From positions 1-64,000 of the forward strand of contig JACRKZ010000008.1 of NCBI GenBank assembly GCA_016235455.1: 64,000 nucleotides of DNA, read 5' to 3'. The DNA is from Armatimonadota bacterium. Its GTDB lineage: Bacteria > Armatimonadota > UBA10988. Position 1 is the stretch's first letter; each line of letters starts with the position of its first letter. A program made the translations under genes and the position numbers. Under the pieces are notes generated by a model. It saw only the letters and a program-made list of their open reading frames with translations, was not told the DNA's origin and did not search any database. This document shows positions 38,224 through 48,345 of the stretch, piece after piece.

Positions 38224-38463
38224 ACGGGCCTGGGAGGACTACCTCTACTGGCAAGCCACGGACCGGCGCATGTTCAAGCGCATCAACGAACTGATCCGCG
38301 ACGCGATGCGTGATCCTTCAGCGGCATCGGCAAGCCAGAGCCGTTGTGTCAACTGTTGGCGGGCCGCTGGTCACGCCGCATCGGTAGCGAGCACCGCATG
38401 GCCTATCGCGTCACCGACGACGACCACCTGCTGATCGCGCAATTCCGCTACCACTACGGCTGA
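38204..38463 (+). pseudogene. yoeB: YoeB/Txe toxin, frameshifted near 38316
   Basis: [38 protein letters not shown], then in a shifted frame [23 protein letters not shown]. Confidence 0.85.
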
Positions 38464-40061
38464 ACGCCCAGCTCCGCCGCCAGCCGCCGCACCTCGGGCG
38501 AGGCATGCTCGCCGGCGCGGGCCAAGGCTTCGCGCGCCCCGTCACCGCTGGCCAGCAGCCTGGCCACCACCAGCGCCTCGGTGTCGTCGGGCCGGTGCGC
38601 GGCCAGCGCCAGGAACTCGGGCAGCAGGTCGGGCAGCGGCCGTTCGCTCAACGTGCCGCACAGCCGGCGCCAGTGTTCCGCCTCGGGTCCGCCCTCAGGC
38701 AGCCGGTGGGGCAGCCGTTCGAGCGCACGGCGCAGTAGCGTGACGGCCTCCTCGGCCGGCAACAACGGCGACAGCTCCACCGCGGCGTGGCGCTGCGGCC
38801 AGTGGCGCGAGTCGATGGCGTGCCGCAGCAGCGGCCGGGCCAGTTCGGGGCCGGTCTCGGCCGCGACAGCCAGGAACTCGGCCGACATCCTGGGGCGCTT
38901 GCCCGCGGCGGCCTGGGCGATGAGCCGCAGCGCGGCCTCGGGTAGTGGCTTCAGCACTGGTCGCAGGCGCAACTCGTCACCCGCGGCGGCGCGCACTTCG
39001 GCGTCGGCGTCGACCGTCGCCCGCACCAGCGTGACAGCACCCTTAGGCCCGGTGCGCGCCAGCGCCAGGGCCAGGCGCGGCCGGTCGGGCGCACTGGTGT
39101 CGGCCAGGCGGCGGCCCAGTGGCCCGGCCAGGTCGGCCGGCAGGCTGTCCGCGGCGAGCAGCGCCTCGAAGACGGCATCGCGGGCTCCCGGCTGCGGCGC
39201 GGCGGTAGCCACCTTGGCCCACAGCGCCTCGCTGGCGGGCCGCTTGGCCAGGGCGCGCGCCGCGGCGACGGCACGGTCGTCATGAGCATCGAGCGCCAAC
39301 GTCACCAGGTCGTCGGGCGTGTCGGGCAACGCCTGCGCCGCGATGGCGGCGGGCGCCGCGATGGTGGCGGGCGCCGTCTTGGTCAATAGCTCGGCCAGCT
39401 GGTGCGGCGGCGTACCGCGGCGCTGCGTGGCGGCCGCGAGCATCAGTTGCTCATCGACGTCGAGTTCTCCGGCCTCGGCCCGCCGCAGCAACTCGGGCAG
39501 GGCGGTAGGGTCGGCGGCGCGCAGGCGTTCGGCCAGGCGTGCGCGCCGGGCCGCGGGGCCGCCCGGGCCGCGCCGGCGGTCCTCGCGCCAGGCCCGGCGC
39601 CAACCTTGCGCGCAGACAGCCAGCAGCAGGCCGAGCAGCCCGAGCGACCAGCCGCTGGGCAGATACCAGGTCCAGCGCGCCTGGGGCGGCACATAGGGGC
39701 GCGGCTTGGCTCGGCCTTCCAGCGCCTTGGCCAGCTTGGCCACGCGCCGCTGAGCCTCGGCCCGTCGTTCGTCGGACTCGGGCAGCCGCGTGGCGGCCTG
39801 CCGGAACGCGGCCAGCGCGTCCTTCTGCTTGCCCTGTGAGTCATAGAGCCAGGCCAGCAGCCACCAGCTCTCGCTGCTGTCGGGCTTGGCGGCGACGAGC
39901 CGGGCCAACTTCTCAATGGCCCCCTTGTGGTCGCGCCGCTCGCGCGCGGCGCGGGCCTCCGCGTACAGGGCCGACATGTCCGCCGGCTGGGCCTCCGCCT
40001 GCGCGGCAAGCGGCCCGGACGGCGTGCACAGCAGCAGTCCTGCCGCCAGCCATGGCAGCAT
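38454..40061 (-). CDS. Membrane protein with extracytoplasmic TPR and C-terminal HEAT-like repeats
   Basis: Signal peptide; TPR '[34 protein letters not shown]'; TM helix; Ala-rich helical repeats. Confidence 0.6.
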   Translation of the reverse strand: MLPWLAAGLLLCTPSGPLAAQAEAQPADMSALYAEARAARERRDHKGAIEKLARLVAAKPDSSESWWLLAWLYDSQGKQKDALAAFRQAATRLPESDERRAEAQRRVAKLAKALEGRAKPRPYVPPQARWTWYLPSGWSLGLLGLLLAVCAQGWRRAWREDRRRGPGGPAARRARLAERLRAADPTALPELLRRAEAGELDVDEQLMLAAATQRRGTPPHQLAELLTKTAPATIAAPAAIAAQALPDTPDDLVTLALDAHDDRAVAAARALAKRPASEALWAKVATAAPQPGARDAVFEALLAADSLPADLAGPLGRRLADTSAPDRPRLALALARTGPKGAVTLVRATVDADAEVRAAAGDELRLRPVLKPLPEAALRLIAQAAAGKRPRMSAEFLAVAAETGPELARPLLRHAIDSRHWPQRHAAVELSPLLPAEEAVTLLRRALERLPHRLPEGGPEAEHWRRLCGTLSERPLPDLLPEFLALAAHRPDDTEALVVARLLASGDGAREALARAGEHASPEVRRLAAELGVQP

Positions 40062-40207
40062 CGACCAACCCCGCACCTGACCAACCCTCCGACTCACCCG
40101 CGCATGCCTCTCTTTGTTTGAGTACCGCCAAGCTGTAAAGTGGCCCACTGCGAGCAGGATGACCGGGGTGTCGGACGAATCGGTCGGCCACCAACAGGAG
40201 TCCCGCT

Positions 40208-42190
40208 ATGTCGTTGTTCCGCGCGGTCGCGCTGATCGCCTTGCTCTCGCCGGCGGCCCAGGCGCTCAACCTGGCCAGCCTGCTCAGCGAGATGGTCGAC
40301 CGCGACGCTCTGGCCCGGCTGCCAGAGCCCGCCTACACCTGCCGCCAGTTTAGCAGCTACGACCGGGCCGCGAAGGACCCGGAGCACGACTGGTTCGCCA
40401 ATGGCGACGTCAACCAGTATCTGCGCGTCGAAGAGCGCGACGGCCGCAAGGAGTGGGTCATGATGGACGCTGCCGGACCCGGCGCCATCGTTCGACTGTG
40501 GTCGGCCAATCCGCCCGGCGACTGCCGGCTGCGGTTCTACTTCGACGAGCAGACCGAGCCAGGCTGGACGGTGGACTTCCAGGCGCTGACCAACGGCAAG
40601 GGCCCGGTGGCGGCTCCGCTCTCGGCGGTGCGCAGCCGCGGCTGGAACTGCTACCTGCCGGTGCCCTATGCCAAGCACTGCAAAGTGACCGCGGACAAGC
40701 CGGGCTTCTATTACCAGGTCAACTACCGCACCTGGCCCGCGGGCACGGCGGTCGAGACCTTCACGCCGGCCGCGCTCGACGCCGCCAAGGCCCAGGTGGA
40801 CCGGGTGCAGGCCGCGCTGGCCAACCCGCCGGCGCCGACCGTGGCGCGGAAGCTGCCGCTGGATGGCACGCTGGCCGCCAAACAGAGCCGCACGGTCAAC
40901 CTGCCCGCCGGCACCAATGCCGTACGTCAGATCACGCTCAATGTGGCGCCGGTCAAGGCCGATGCCGACCTGGCCCAGGTTTTGCGTAGTGTCGTCGTGC
41001 GCGCCGAGTTCGATGGCGAGGCCTGCATCTGGGTGCCCTTGAGCGACTTCTTCGGCAGCGGCGTGGGCGTGAACGCCTATCAGGACTGGTACTGTGACGT
41101 GGCCCAGGACGGCACGATGACCTGCCGCTGGGTCATGCCCTATCAGAAGGCCGGGCGCCTGACCATCGAGAACCTGGGCGCGCTGCCGGTCACGGTCAAG
41201 GGCAGTGTCGGCGTCGGCCCGTTCACCTGGGATGCCCGCTCGATGCACTTCCGCTCCGAGTGGCGCTGGCAGAATCCGCTGCCGACTCGTCCCTACAGCG
41301 ACTGGAACTATGTCACCGTCACCGGCCAGGGCGTCTACGTGGGCGACGCGCTGGCGGTGTTCAACCCCGTGACCGCCTGGTGGGGCGAGGGCGACGAGAA
41401 GGTGTATGTCGATGGCGAGGCATTCCCCTCGCACTTCGGCACCGGCAGCGAGGACTACTACGGCTACGCCTGGTGTGACCCGACGCCGTTCACCGCGCCG
41501 TTCCACGCGCAGCCGCGGTGCGATGGCCCGGCCAACCGGGGCAACACCACGGTGACCCGCGTGCGCAGCCTCGACGCCATCCCCTTCAGCAAGAGCCTGC
41601 GGTTCGACATGGAGTGCTGGCACTGGGCCGACTGCAAGGTGGCCTATGCCGCCACCACCTACTGGTACGGCCGACCGGGCGCCAAGAGCAACCGCGTGCC
41701 CCAGCCGGACGGCGCCTTGGCGGCGCTGCCGGCGGCCCCGCCGCCGTTCAAGCTGGCCGGCGCGGTCGAGGCCGAGAAGATGAAGATCGCCAGCCGAAGC
41801 GACGGCCTGGAGAGCGAGGTGCAAGGCACCGAGGGCTACGGTGAGCAGTGGAGTGGCGGCCACCACTTGTGGGTCCGCGGCCGCAAAGTCGGCGACTTCG
41901 TGGAGTTGGAGTTGCCCGCCGATGGCGCTGGCGCACGCCAGATCACGTACTACGGCACCAAGAGCTGGGACTATGGCGTACTCAAGATCACCGTCAACGG
42001 CCAGAAGGCCATCGACTCCCTCGACACCTGGGCCGAGCAGGTGACGCCCACGGGCGCACTGCCGTTGGGCACCTTCGAGCCCGTGGACGGCAGGTTCGTC
42101 GTCCGGGTCGAGGTGGTGGGCAAGAACGACAAGTCCAAGGGCACGGGATCGTTCTTCGGCATCGACGCGCTGACCCTGAACAAACCCTGA
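40208..42190 (+). CDS. DUF2961 (GH172-like) secreted protein
   Basis: QFSSYDR, GPGAIVRLWSANP, WWGEGDEKVYVDGE..FGTGSEDYYGYAW. Confidence 0.85.
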   Translation: MSLFRAVALIALLSPAAQALNLASLLSEMVDRDALARLPEPAYTCRQFSSYDRAAKDPEHDWFANGDVNQYLRVEERDGRKEWVMMDAAGPGAIVRLWSANPPGDCRLRFYFDEQTEPGWTVDFQALTNGKGPVAAPLSAVRSRGWNCYLPVPYAKHCKVTADKPGFYYQVNYRTWPAGTAVETFTPAALDAAKAQVDRVQAALANPPAPTVARKLPLDGTLAAKQSRTVNLPAGTNAVRQITLNVAPVKADADLAQVLRSVVVRAEFDGEACIWVPLSDFFGSGVGVNAYQDWYCDVAQDGTMTCRWVMPYQKAGRLTIENLGALPVTVKGSVGVGPFTWDARSMHFRSEWRWQNPLPTRPYSDWNYVTVTGQGVYVGDALAVFNPVTAWWGEGDEKVYVDGEAFPSHFGTGSEDYYGYAWCDPTPFTAPFHAQPRCDGPANRGNTTVTRVRSLDAIPFSKSLRFDMECWHWADCKVAYAATTYWYGRPGAKSNRVPQPDGALAALPAAPPPFKLAGAVEAEKMKIASRSDGLESEVQGTEGYGEQWSGGHHLWVRGRKVGDFVELELPADGAGARQITYYGTKSWDYGVLKITVNGQKAIDSLDTWAEQVTPTGALPLGTFEPVDGRFVVRVEVVGKNDKSKGTGSFFGIDALTLNKP

Positions 42191-42416
42191 TCGCCAGGCG
42201 TTTGGACAGGTAGGCGCCTGTCTGGGCAACATAGGTCGGAACCATCGGCCCCCGAACGCTGTCCGAGTCGAGCAGCAGGCGCATCAGAACGCAGTCGTAA
42301 GGCTGTGAGCGCGCTCGGCGGTTGTGAGCGTCGGGGGCCGATGTTATACTACTAAGGTATTCCACTGCCCTGATCCGGCTGCCCGAGCGGCCTGGGCAGG
42401 GCCTGAGGTGACGGTC

Positions 42417-43634
42417 ATGAGGCGCATGGCGCGGGTGGTAATGATGCTGTTGGTCGGCGCTTGGCCGATCGTGGCGTCGGCTGGCCCGTTCGAGACACTG
42501 CCGCGCGGGCATCGGGTCTATGCCGACCTTGCGGCGGTCGACCACGAAGGGTTGTTGTCGGCGGGCTCGGCCTACCAGCCTGGCCGTGCACTGACCCGCA
42601 CCGAATGTGCCATGATCGTCAACGAGACCTGCAAGTCGCTCACCGCACGCGCCGGCGCGCTGCCGACGACCGCCAACAGCGACCCGCGACTGGCGCAGGT
42701 GGTGTCGGCGCTACTGCGACTGATAGACGTGTTCGCGCCCGAGCTCAAGCTGCTCAGCGACGAGATGCCCATGGTCCGCGAGCGCATCGCCGCGCTGCCC
42801 ACCACGGTCTCGTCTCTGGCCCAGTTGCGGCCCGATCGACCGGCGCCCCACGGCGCGGGCGGGCTGAGCGTGGCGCAGCCGCGCACACCGTGGATGCCGC
42901 GCCTGGCCGACTCGGTCAGCCCCATGGCCCCGACCTCGGTTGATCGAACTCCGGCCAGCGGCCTGAGCATGAGCTACCAGCCCATCGTGGCACGCGATCC
43001 CATGGGTCCCAGCAGCCTGCTCAGCGGTCAGGTCTTCGCCGCCGATCTGCGACTGCGCATGGGTGACACCAGCGTGCTCATCGAATACGGACGGTCGCTG
43101 TTCGACCAGCGCCTGGGCGCGGCCGTCACGCCCGAGGAAGGCGCTCGCCTGCGCACCAGCTTCGAAACCGCGCTCACCGACCGGCTGAGCCTCGACCTCG
43201 GCTACAACCGGTTGAGCGGCAACTACCGCCTTTTCACCGCGCTCACACCCGGGCTGGGCGACGGCGCGCTGTCCGGTCTGCAGGCCGGCGTGAGCTGGGC
43301 TGGCCGCCGCTGGCATCTGTTCGGCGGCGCCACGGTGCTCGCACCCGAACACGAACTCAACAGCTTCTACAACATCGTCGGCGGCCAGGTCACCTACAAC
43401 CCGACCGCCAGTTGGTCGGTGGCCTTCGGCTACCAGAGCAACATGCGGCGCTCGCTGGCCAGCTTCGAGGATACCTGGCGCAGCTTCTACAACGCCAAGG
43501 TGGCCTACGCGCTGAACCAGGCGCTGCGTGCCGACCTGCTCTACCGCTTCGACACGGGTGAGCAACGCGGCAACGGTCTCACGCCCGGCAGCGGCGAGCA
43601 CTTCGGCGGCGTGTCACTGTCCGTGGGCTTCTGA
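42417..43634 (+). CDS. SLH-like domain plus beta-barrel outer-membrane protein (OmpM-like)
   Basis: Signal peptide; 'PFETLPRGHRVYADL..EGLL..ALTRTECAMIV' SLH-like; 'LLRLIDVFAPELKLL' helix; amphipathic strands ending in terminal Phe (VSLSVGF). Confidence 0.6.
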   Translation: MRRMARVVMMLLVGAWPIVASAGPFETLPRGHRVYADLAAVDHEGLLSAGSAYQPGRALTRTECAMIVNETCKSLTARAGALPTTANSDPRLAQVVSALLRLIDVFAPELKLLSDEMPMVRERIAALPTTVSSLAQLRPDRPAPHGAGGLSVAQPRTPWMPRLADSVSPMAPTSVDRTPASGLSMSYQPIVARDPMGPSSLLSGQVFAADLRLRMGDTSVLIEYGRSLFDQRLGAAVTPEEGARLRTSFETALTDRLSLDLGYNRLSGNYRLFTALTPGLGDGALSGLQAGVSWAGRRWHLFGGATVLAPEHELNSFYNIVGGQVTYNPTASWSVAFGYQSNMRRSLASFEDTWRSFYNAKVAYALNQALRADLLYRFDTGEQRGNGLTPGSGEHFGGVSLSVGF

Positions 43635-43636
43635 GG

Positions 43637-45193
43637 TTGGCACACTGGCCCAGCCTCATCCCGCTCCGGCTCTGCGCGCTGGCCCTGGCCACATCGCCGC
43701 TGCTTGCGGCCGGCGGCGTGCAACTGGGTCCCCAGGCGCCGCAGGCCGCCAAGACCGTGAGCTGGGCTGGCCTGCACGCCGAGGTCGTGGCCGACGACAT
43801 CATCACCCACTGGGGCCGCCGCCGCGTCATCGAGCTCAACGGCTCGGCCAAGGTCACCGCCAAGGACCTGGTCGTCCAGGCACAGCATATCGAGTTGGAC
43901 CTGACCGATGACAAGCACGCCACCGTGCGCGGCCGCGGCGCGGTCCGCGTGGTCCGCACCACGGTCGCCGCGGGAGCCGACCGCTACGCCACCGGCGAGG
44001 AAGTGGTCGTCGACATCGACACCCTCACCGGGTACGTCACCGACGCGCTGATCAGCCAACCGCTGCCCTTCCAGCCTAAGCCGCGCGACTTGCTCGACCC
44101 CGATGAACGGCCGCGCGTGGTCAACGTGTCGGCCAAGCGCGCCGCGCTGAACCAGCCCGTGGATCCCGGCACCAAGATCCTGCCCAACCGCTGGGTCGAC
44201 CTGCAGGAGCCGTCAATCTGGATCCCCCAGGGCAAGACCCCGCAGTTCCGCCTGCGCGCGGCGCGCGCGCAGATGCTGCTGTGTGAGCCGGGCTGCCTGG
44301 TCTCCAACGTCGATGTGCTCAAGATGCGCGACGTGCGCTTGCAGCTCGGCGGCCACACCGTGCTACGCCTGCCGGAACTGCATCTCGGCACGGGTGGGCT
44401 GTACTTGCCGTATCTGGGCTACAACAGCACCTGGGGCGTGTTTGCTCAGCAGTCGTTGTCCATCAAGATAAGCGACAACGTGAAGCTGCGCGCCACACCG
44501 CGCCTCGGCACCGTCCAGGGCATCACCGGTACCACCAGCCTGGAGTATACGACCGGCATGGGCCGGCTGGCACTGGCCACGACCTTCCGCGAGCGCACCA
44601 CGCTGCCGGTCAGCCGCGAGACCGTGCAATACTCGCGCTGGCCCGAGGCGAGCTGGACACTGCCCGTCTGGACCGTGCCCAAGCTGGGTGGCGACCTGAA
44701 GGCCTCGGCCGCGGTGGGCATCATCCGCGAGCACGGCACCGGCACGTTCTGGCGCAGCCGCTACGACCTGGGCTGGGCCAAGGCCATCCACCAAGGCCCC
44801 ACGTTCGCCGCGTCGCTACGCAGCGGCGCGCACTGGAGCTACGGCGAGGGCGGCTACATGTACGGCTGGGTTGGTGGTGGCGCCACCATCGAGAAGAACT
44901 TCGCCGAGCGGTTCTGGATCAAGCTCGGTGCCGACTCGCGCTGGGTGTCCGGCAAGACGCCCTACCGGTTCGAGCGCCTGGAGGCGCCGATCACGCTCAC
45001 TGCCGACGCACGCTGGCGCGTGGCCCGGCATTGGGTGCTGGAGGATGCGCTGGGCTACGATGTCGAGCGCGGCCGCGTGATCGACCACAGCACGAGCATC
45101 CTGTACCGCGACCGCCTGCTTGAGTACGGTGTCACCGTGCGCAGCGAGCCCGAGCTCGAGTTCCAGTTGGCCGCCGGCGTCGTAGGATTCTGA
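43637..45193 (+). CDS. LptD/OstA-like outer-membrane beta-barrel protein
   Basis: Signal peptide; OstA-like N-terminus 'VVADDI..ELNGSAKVTAKDLVVQAQHIELDL'; 'LPYLGYNSTWGVF'; beta strands; terminal Phe. Confidence 0.55.
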   Translation: MAHWPSLIPLRLCALALATSPLLAAGGVQLGPQAPQAAKTVSWAGLHAEVVADDIITHWGRRRVIELNGSAKVTAKDLVVQAQHIELDLTDDKHATVRGRGAVRVVRTTVAAGADRYATGEEVVVDIDTLTGYVTDALISQPLPFQPKPRDLLDPDERPRVVNVSAKRAALNQPVDPGTKILPNRWVDLQEPSIWIPQGKTPQFRLRAARAQMLLCEPGCLVSNVDVLKMRDVRLQLGGHTVLRLPELHLGTGGLYLPYLGYNSTWGVFAQQSLSIKISDNVKLRATPRLGTVQGITGTTSLEYTTGMGRLALATTFRERTTLPVSRETVQYSRWPEASWTLPVWTVPKLGGDLKASAAVGIIREHGTGTFWRSRYDLGWAKAIHQGPTFAASLRSGAHWSYGEGGYMYGWVGGGATIEKNFAERFWIKLGADSRWVSGKTPYRFERLEAPITLTADARWRVARHWVLEDALGYDVERGRVIDHSTSILYRDRLLEYGVTVRSEPELEFQLAAGVVGF

Positions 45194-45281
45194 CGACGTT
45201 ACAATCAGTCCAGATTGCGTCGCACGCGGCCCGCGGGCATCGGGCACAATAGGTGCATGAGCATGACTGACGGGGGTTCAG

Positions 45282-45656
45282 ATGGCGACGGTGCTGTTGG
45301 TCGATGACGAGCCCGGTGTGCGGCAAGTACTGCAGGCCTTCCTGGAGCTCGAAGGGTTGTCCGTCATCGAAGCCGGCGACGGCGAAGAGGCCCTGGCCAT
45401 CGCGCTCAGCACGGCCATCGACCTGGTTGTCACGGACATCATGATGCCCCGCATGGACGGCGTCGGCCTGCTCCGCGAGATACGCACCCGCCTGGGCCCC
45501 AGTCTGCCCGTGGTTGTCATCTCCGGTCACCACGATGCCCGCCTGCCGGCCGACCTGGCCGATAGCAGCACCCGCTTCATGACCAAGCCAGTGACGCTCA
45601 ACGGCTTCTGCGGCATGGTGCGCGACCTGCTGGCCAGTTCTCGCTCCGCGCCCTGA
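45282..45656 (+). CDS. Stand-alone response regulator (REC)
   Basis: VLLVDDE, TDIMMPRMDG, ISG, TKP. Confidence 0.9.
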   Translation: MATVLLVDDEPGVRQVLQAFLELEGLSVIEAGDGEEALAIALSTAIDLVVTDIMMPRMDGVGLLREIRTRLGPSLPVVVISGHHDARLPADLADSSTRFMTKPVTLNGFCGMVRDLLASSRSAP

Positions 45657-45713
45657 ATGCGCGACGCCCCGCGGCCGTGGCCGCGAGGCGCCGTGTCGAA
45701 CTTCTGGGCCACC

Positions 45714-46703
45714 CTACTCGACGATGTCGTCGTAGAACGTCACGATATCGCCCCGCACCTCGGCCTCGTTGTACTCCATGGCCGCGCGCGGATGCTGGTT
45801 CAGCATGCCGGTCAGCAGGTACGGCAGGTCGAAGCCCCAGCGCAGCTTGGCGCGGAGCGGCTCAATGGTGTCTTGCACGCACCGCAACACCGGCCGCAGA
45901 TCGAACTTGGGGTTGTGCAGGAAGGCCAGCAGCAGCTCCATCTGGCAGTTGCCCGCGCCACGACCCAGACCGGCGAACGTCGCGTCGATCATGTCGCAAC
46001 CCCAGACAATGGCCTCGATGGTGTTGGCGAAACCCAGGTTGAGGTTGTTGTGGGCGTGGATGCCCACTTTCTTGCCCTTGGGGTCGCAGACCGCGCGGTA
46101 GCGCTTCACATAGTCGTGGATCTGCTCGGAGTAGAGCGAACCGAAGCTGTCCACCAAGTAGATAGCGCCGACATCGCTCTGGGCCAGCAACGCCAGGCCC
46201 TCGTCCAACTCGCGCTCGGGCACGGTGGACACCGCCATGACATTGACGGTGGTCTCATAGCCCTTGTCCGCCGCGTCCTTGATCATGTCCAGCGCGGTGG
46301 GGATCTGGTGGATATAGCAGGCCACACGGATCAGATCGAGCACACTGTGGTCACACGGCAGCACGTCCGTGTGGTAGTCGCAGCGCTCGGCATCGCACAT
46401 CACCGACAGCTTGAGCGGCGTGTCGTTCTCGCCCACGATGCGGCGCATGTCCTCTTCACGACAGAACTTCCAGTCGCCGGCGCTGCCGGGCGCAAAGATG
46501 CGCTGGCTGGCCTTGTAGCCCAGCTCCATATAGTCCACGCCACTGTCGACGCAGGCCTGATAGACGGCCTTCACCTGCTCGTCGGCAAAGCCATGGTTGT
46601 TCATCAGTCCGCCGTCGCGGATTGTACAGTCAAGGACCTTGATCGATTCTCGGTATCCCACCCAGTCCCTGCCTCCCTGATGGGCCGCGTCATCCACCGC
46701 CAT
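45714..46703 (-). CDS. HMGL-like aldolase (4-hydroxy-2-oxovalerate aldolase-like)
   Basis: LDCTIRDGG, YLVDSFGS, GIHAHNN, GLGRGAGN. Confidence 0.85.
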   Translation of the reverse strand: MAVDDAAHQGGRDWVGYRESIKVLDCTIRDGGLMNNHGFADEQVKAVYQACVDSGVDYMELGYKASQRIFAPGSAGDWKFCREEDMRRIVGENDTPLKLSVMCDAERCDYHTDVLPCDHSVLDLIRVACYIHQIPTALDMIKDAADKGYETTVNVMAVSTVPERELDEGLALLAQSDVGAIYLVDSFGSLYSEQIHDYVKRYRAVCDPKGKKVGIHAHNNLNLGFANTIEAIVWGCDMIDATFAGLGRGAGNCQMELLLAFLHNPKFDLRPVLRCVQDTIEPLRAKLRWGFDLPYLLTGMLNQHPRAAMEYNEAEVRGDIVTFYDDIVE

Positions 46704-46844
46704 CGTTATATCTTCCTTTTCTTCCGCCTAGTGTGCCCCTCTGCCGCCGGGGCGTCCAGGCATTGTACTCCCGAGAGTCAACCCTATCTGGCGAGGAGTC
46801 AGCCCCCGCGCGGCGAACGCCCGCGGCGAAGGTAGAGAGTATCG

Positions 46845-47885
46845 ATGGCAGTGAACCAGTCGTTTGTCTACAACATGCTCCACGACGACGCCTTGGGGGT
46901 CGAGCGGCTGCTGGCGGCCGCCGCCGAGATCGGCTACAAGGCGGTCGAGTTCTGGGGGCGCGATAGCGTGCCGTTCGACGAGTTGGTCAAGCTGGCGCCC
47001 AAGCACGGCCTGCGCGTGGCCACCATGGTCGGCGGCGGCGGCTTCAACGACCCCAAGAACCACGACCAACTCGAGGTCGACGTCAAGGCGGCCATCGATA
47101 TTGCCGCGGACAACGACATCCCCGGCCTCATCGTGCTCAGCGGCAACTGCGGCGGCATGGACAAGTGGACCGGCCTGCGCAACTGCGCCGCGGGCCTGCG
47201 CCGGCTGGCGCCCTACGCCGAGGCCAAGGGCGTCAACCTCAACATGGAACTGCTCAACTCCAAGGTCGACCACGCCGACTACATGTGCGACGAGACCCTG
47301 TGGGCGGTGACCCTGTGCGATCTGGTCGCCTCGCCGCGGGTCAAGATCCTGTACGACATCTACCACATGCAGATCATGGAGGGCGACCTCTGCCGCACCA
47401 TTGGCCGCTACGGCAGCTACATGGGCCACTACCACACCGCCGGCAACCCTGGCCGCCGCGATATGGACGAGACCCAGGAGATCAACTACAAGGCCGTCAT
47501 GGCCGCCGTGGACGCCAGCGGCTACGAGCTGTACGTCGGCCACGAGTTCCGGCCCAAGGGCAGCGACGCGACGACAGGGGCACGACCCTTACTCCGGTCG
47601 TGGCAGAAGGGCGGCGTCCCAGTGCCAGCCGAAGCAGGGCTGCGAGGTGGCAGATCAGGAACTCCAGGTCACCCGTGGATCTCCTGCCCCGTCGGCCCAT
47701 CCTCACCCTCGCGCGCCAGTTCCAGCAGGCGTGAGATCACGGTGTCTACGGACTCCGGCGCCTCGGGCGCCAGGTCGGTGCGTACCGAGCCGGGATTGAA
47801 GGTGTTGACGCGGATGCCCAGCGGCGCCAGCTCTTGGGCCATGACGCGGGTCAGCGCGTCGAGCGCGGACTTGGAGACGCTGTAG
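46845..47885 (+). CDS. hyi: Hydroxypyruvate isomerase/AP endonuclease 2 TIM barrel; 3' end probably disrupted near 47570
   Basis: ELLNSKVDHADY, LYDIYHMQIMEG, HYHTAGNPGR, GHEF; the tail after RPKG is non-homologous and runs 217 bp into the convergent SDR gene. Confidence 0.75.
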   Translation: MAVNQSFVYNMLHDDALGVERLLAAAAEIGYKAVEFWGRDSVPFDELVKLAPKHGLRVATMVGGGGFNDPKNHDQLEVDVKAAIDIAADNDIPGLIVLSGNCGGMDKWTGLRNCAAGLRRLAPYAEAKGVNLNMELLNSKVDHADYMCDETLWAVTLCDLVASPRVKILYDIYHMQIMEGDLCRTIGRYGSYMGHYHTAGNPGRRDMDETQEINYKAVMAAVDASGYELYVGHEFRPKGSDATTGARPLLRSWQKGGVPVPAEAGLRGGRSGTPGHPWISCPVGPSSPSRASSSRREITVSTDSGASGARSVRTEPGLKVLTRMPSGASSWAMTRVSASSADLETL

Positions 47886-48340
47886 GCGCCGTGCAGCGGC
47901 GCAGACTTCTGGGCGGAAGTCACGTTGACCACATGGGAGCCGCGTCGCGCCGCGAGCAGCGGCACCAGCGCACGGGTCATGAGGTACGCGCCCCGCAGAT
48001 TGACCGCCATCACGCGGTCGAACTCGTCCACCGGCAGTTCGTGCAACGGCCAGCGCGGATGACCCGTGCCGGCGCAGTTGAACAGCAGGTCGACGCGGCC
48101 GGCGACTTCGTCAAGGAAGGCCCGCACGCGGTCGACGTCGGGCTCGAAGCTGACATCCGCGCACAGCGGATGGGCCTCACCGCCGGCACTGACGATGGTG
48201 TTGGCCACCTCGCGCAGGACCTCGCGGCGACGCGCCACCAGGATGACGGTCGCGCGCTCCTGGCCCCAGGCCAGCGCCGCGGCCCGGCCGATGCCGCTGC
48301 TGGCGCCGGTCACCACGAGCACCTTGCCGCGCAGGCTCAT
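47669..48340 (-). CDS. Short-chain dehydrogenase/reductase
   Basis: VTGASSGIG, NCAG, YSVSK, NPG. Confidence 0.9.
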   Translation of the reverse strand: MSLRGKVLVVTGASSGIGRAAALAWGQERATVILVARRREVLREVANTIVSAGGEAHPLCADVSFEPDVDRVRAFLDEVAGRVDLLFNCAGTGHPRWPLHELPVDEFDRVMAVNLRGAYLMTRALVPLLAARRGSHVVNVTSAQKSAPLHGAYSVSKSALDALTRVMAQELAPLGIRVNTFNPGSVRTDLAPEAPESVDTVISRLLELAREGEDGPTGQEIHG

Positions 48341-48345
48341 CGCCG

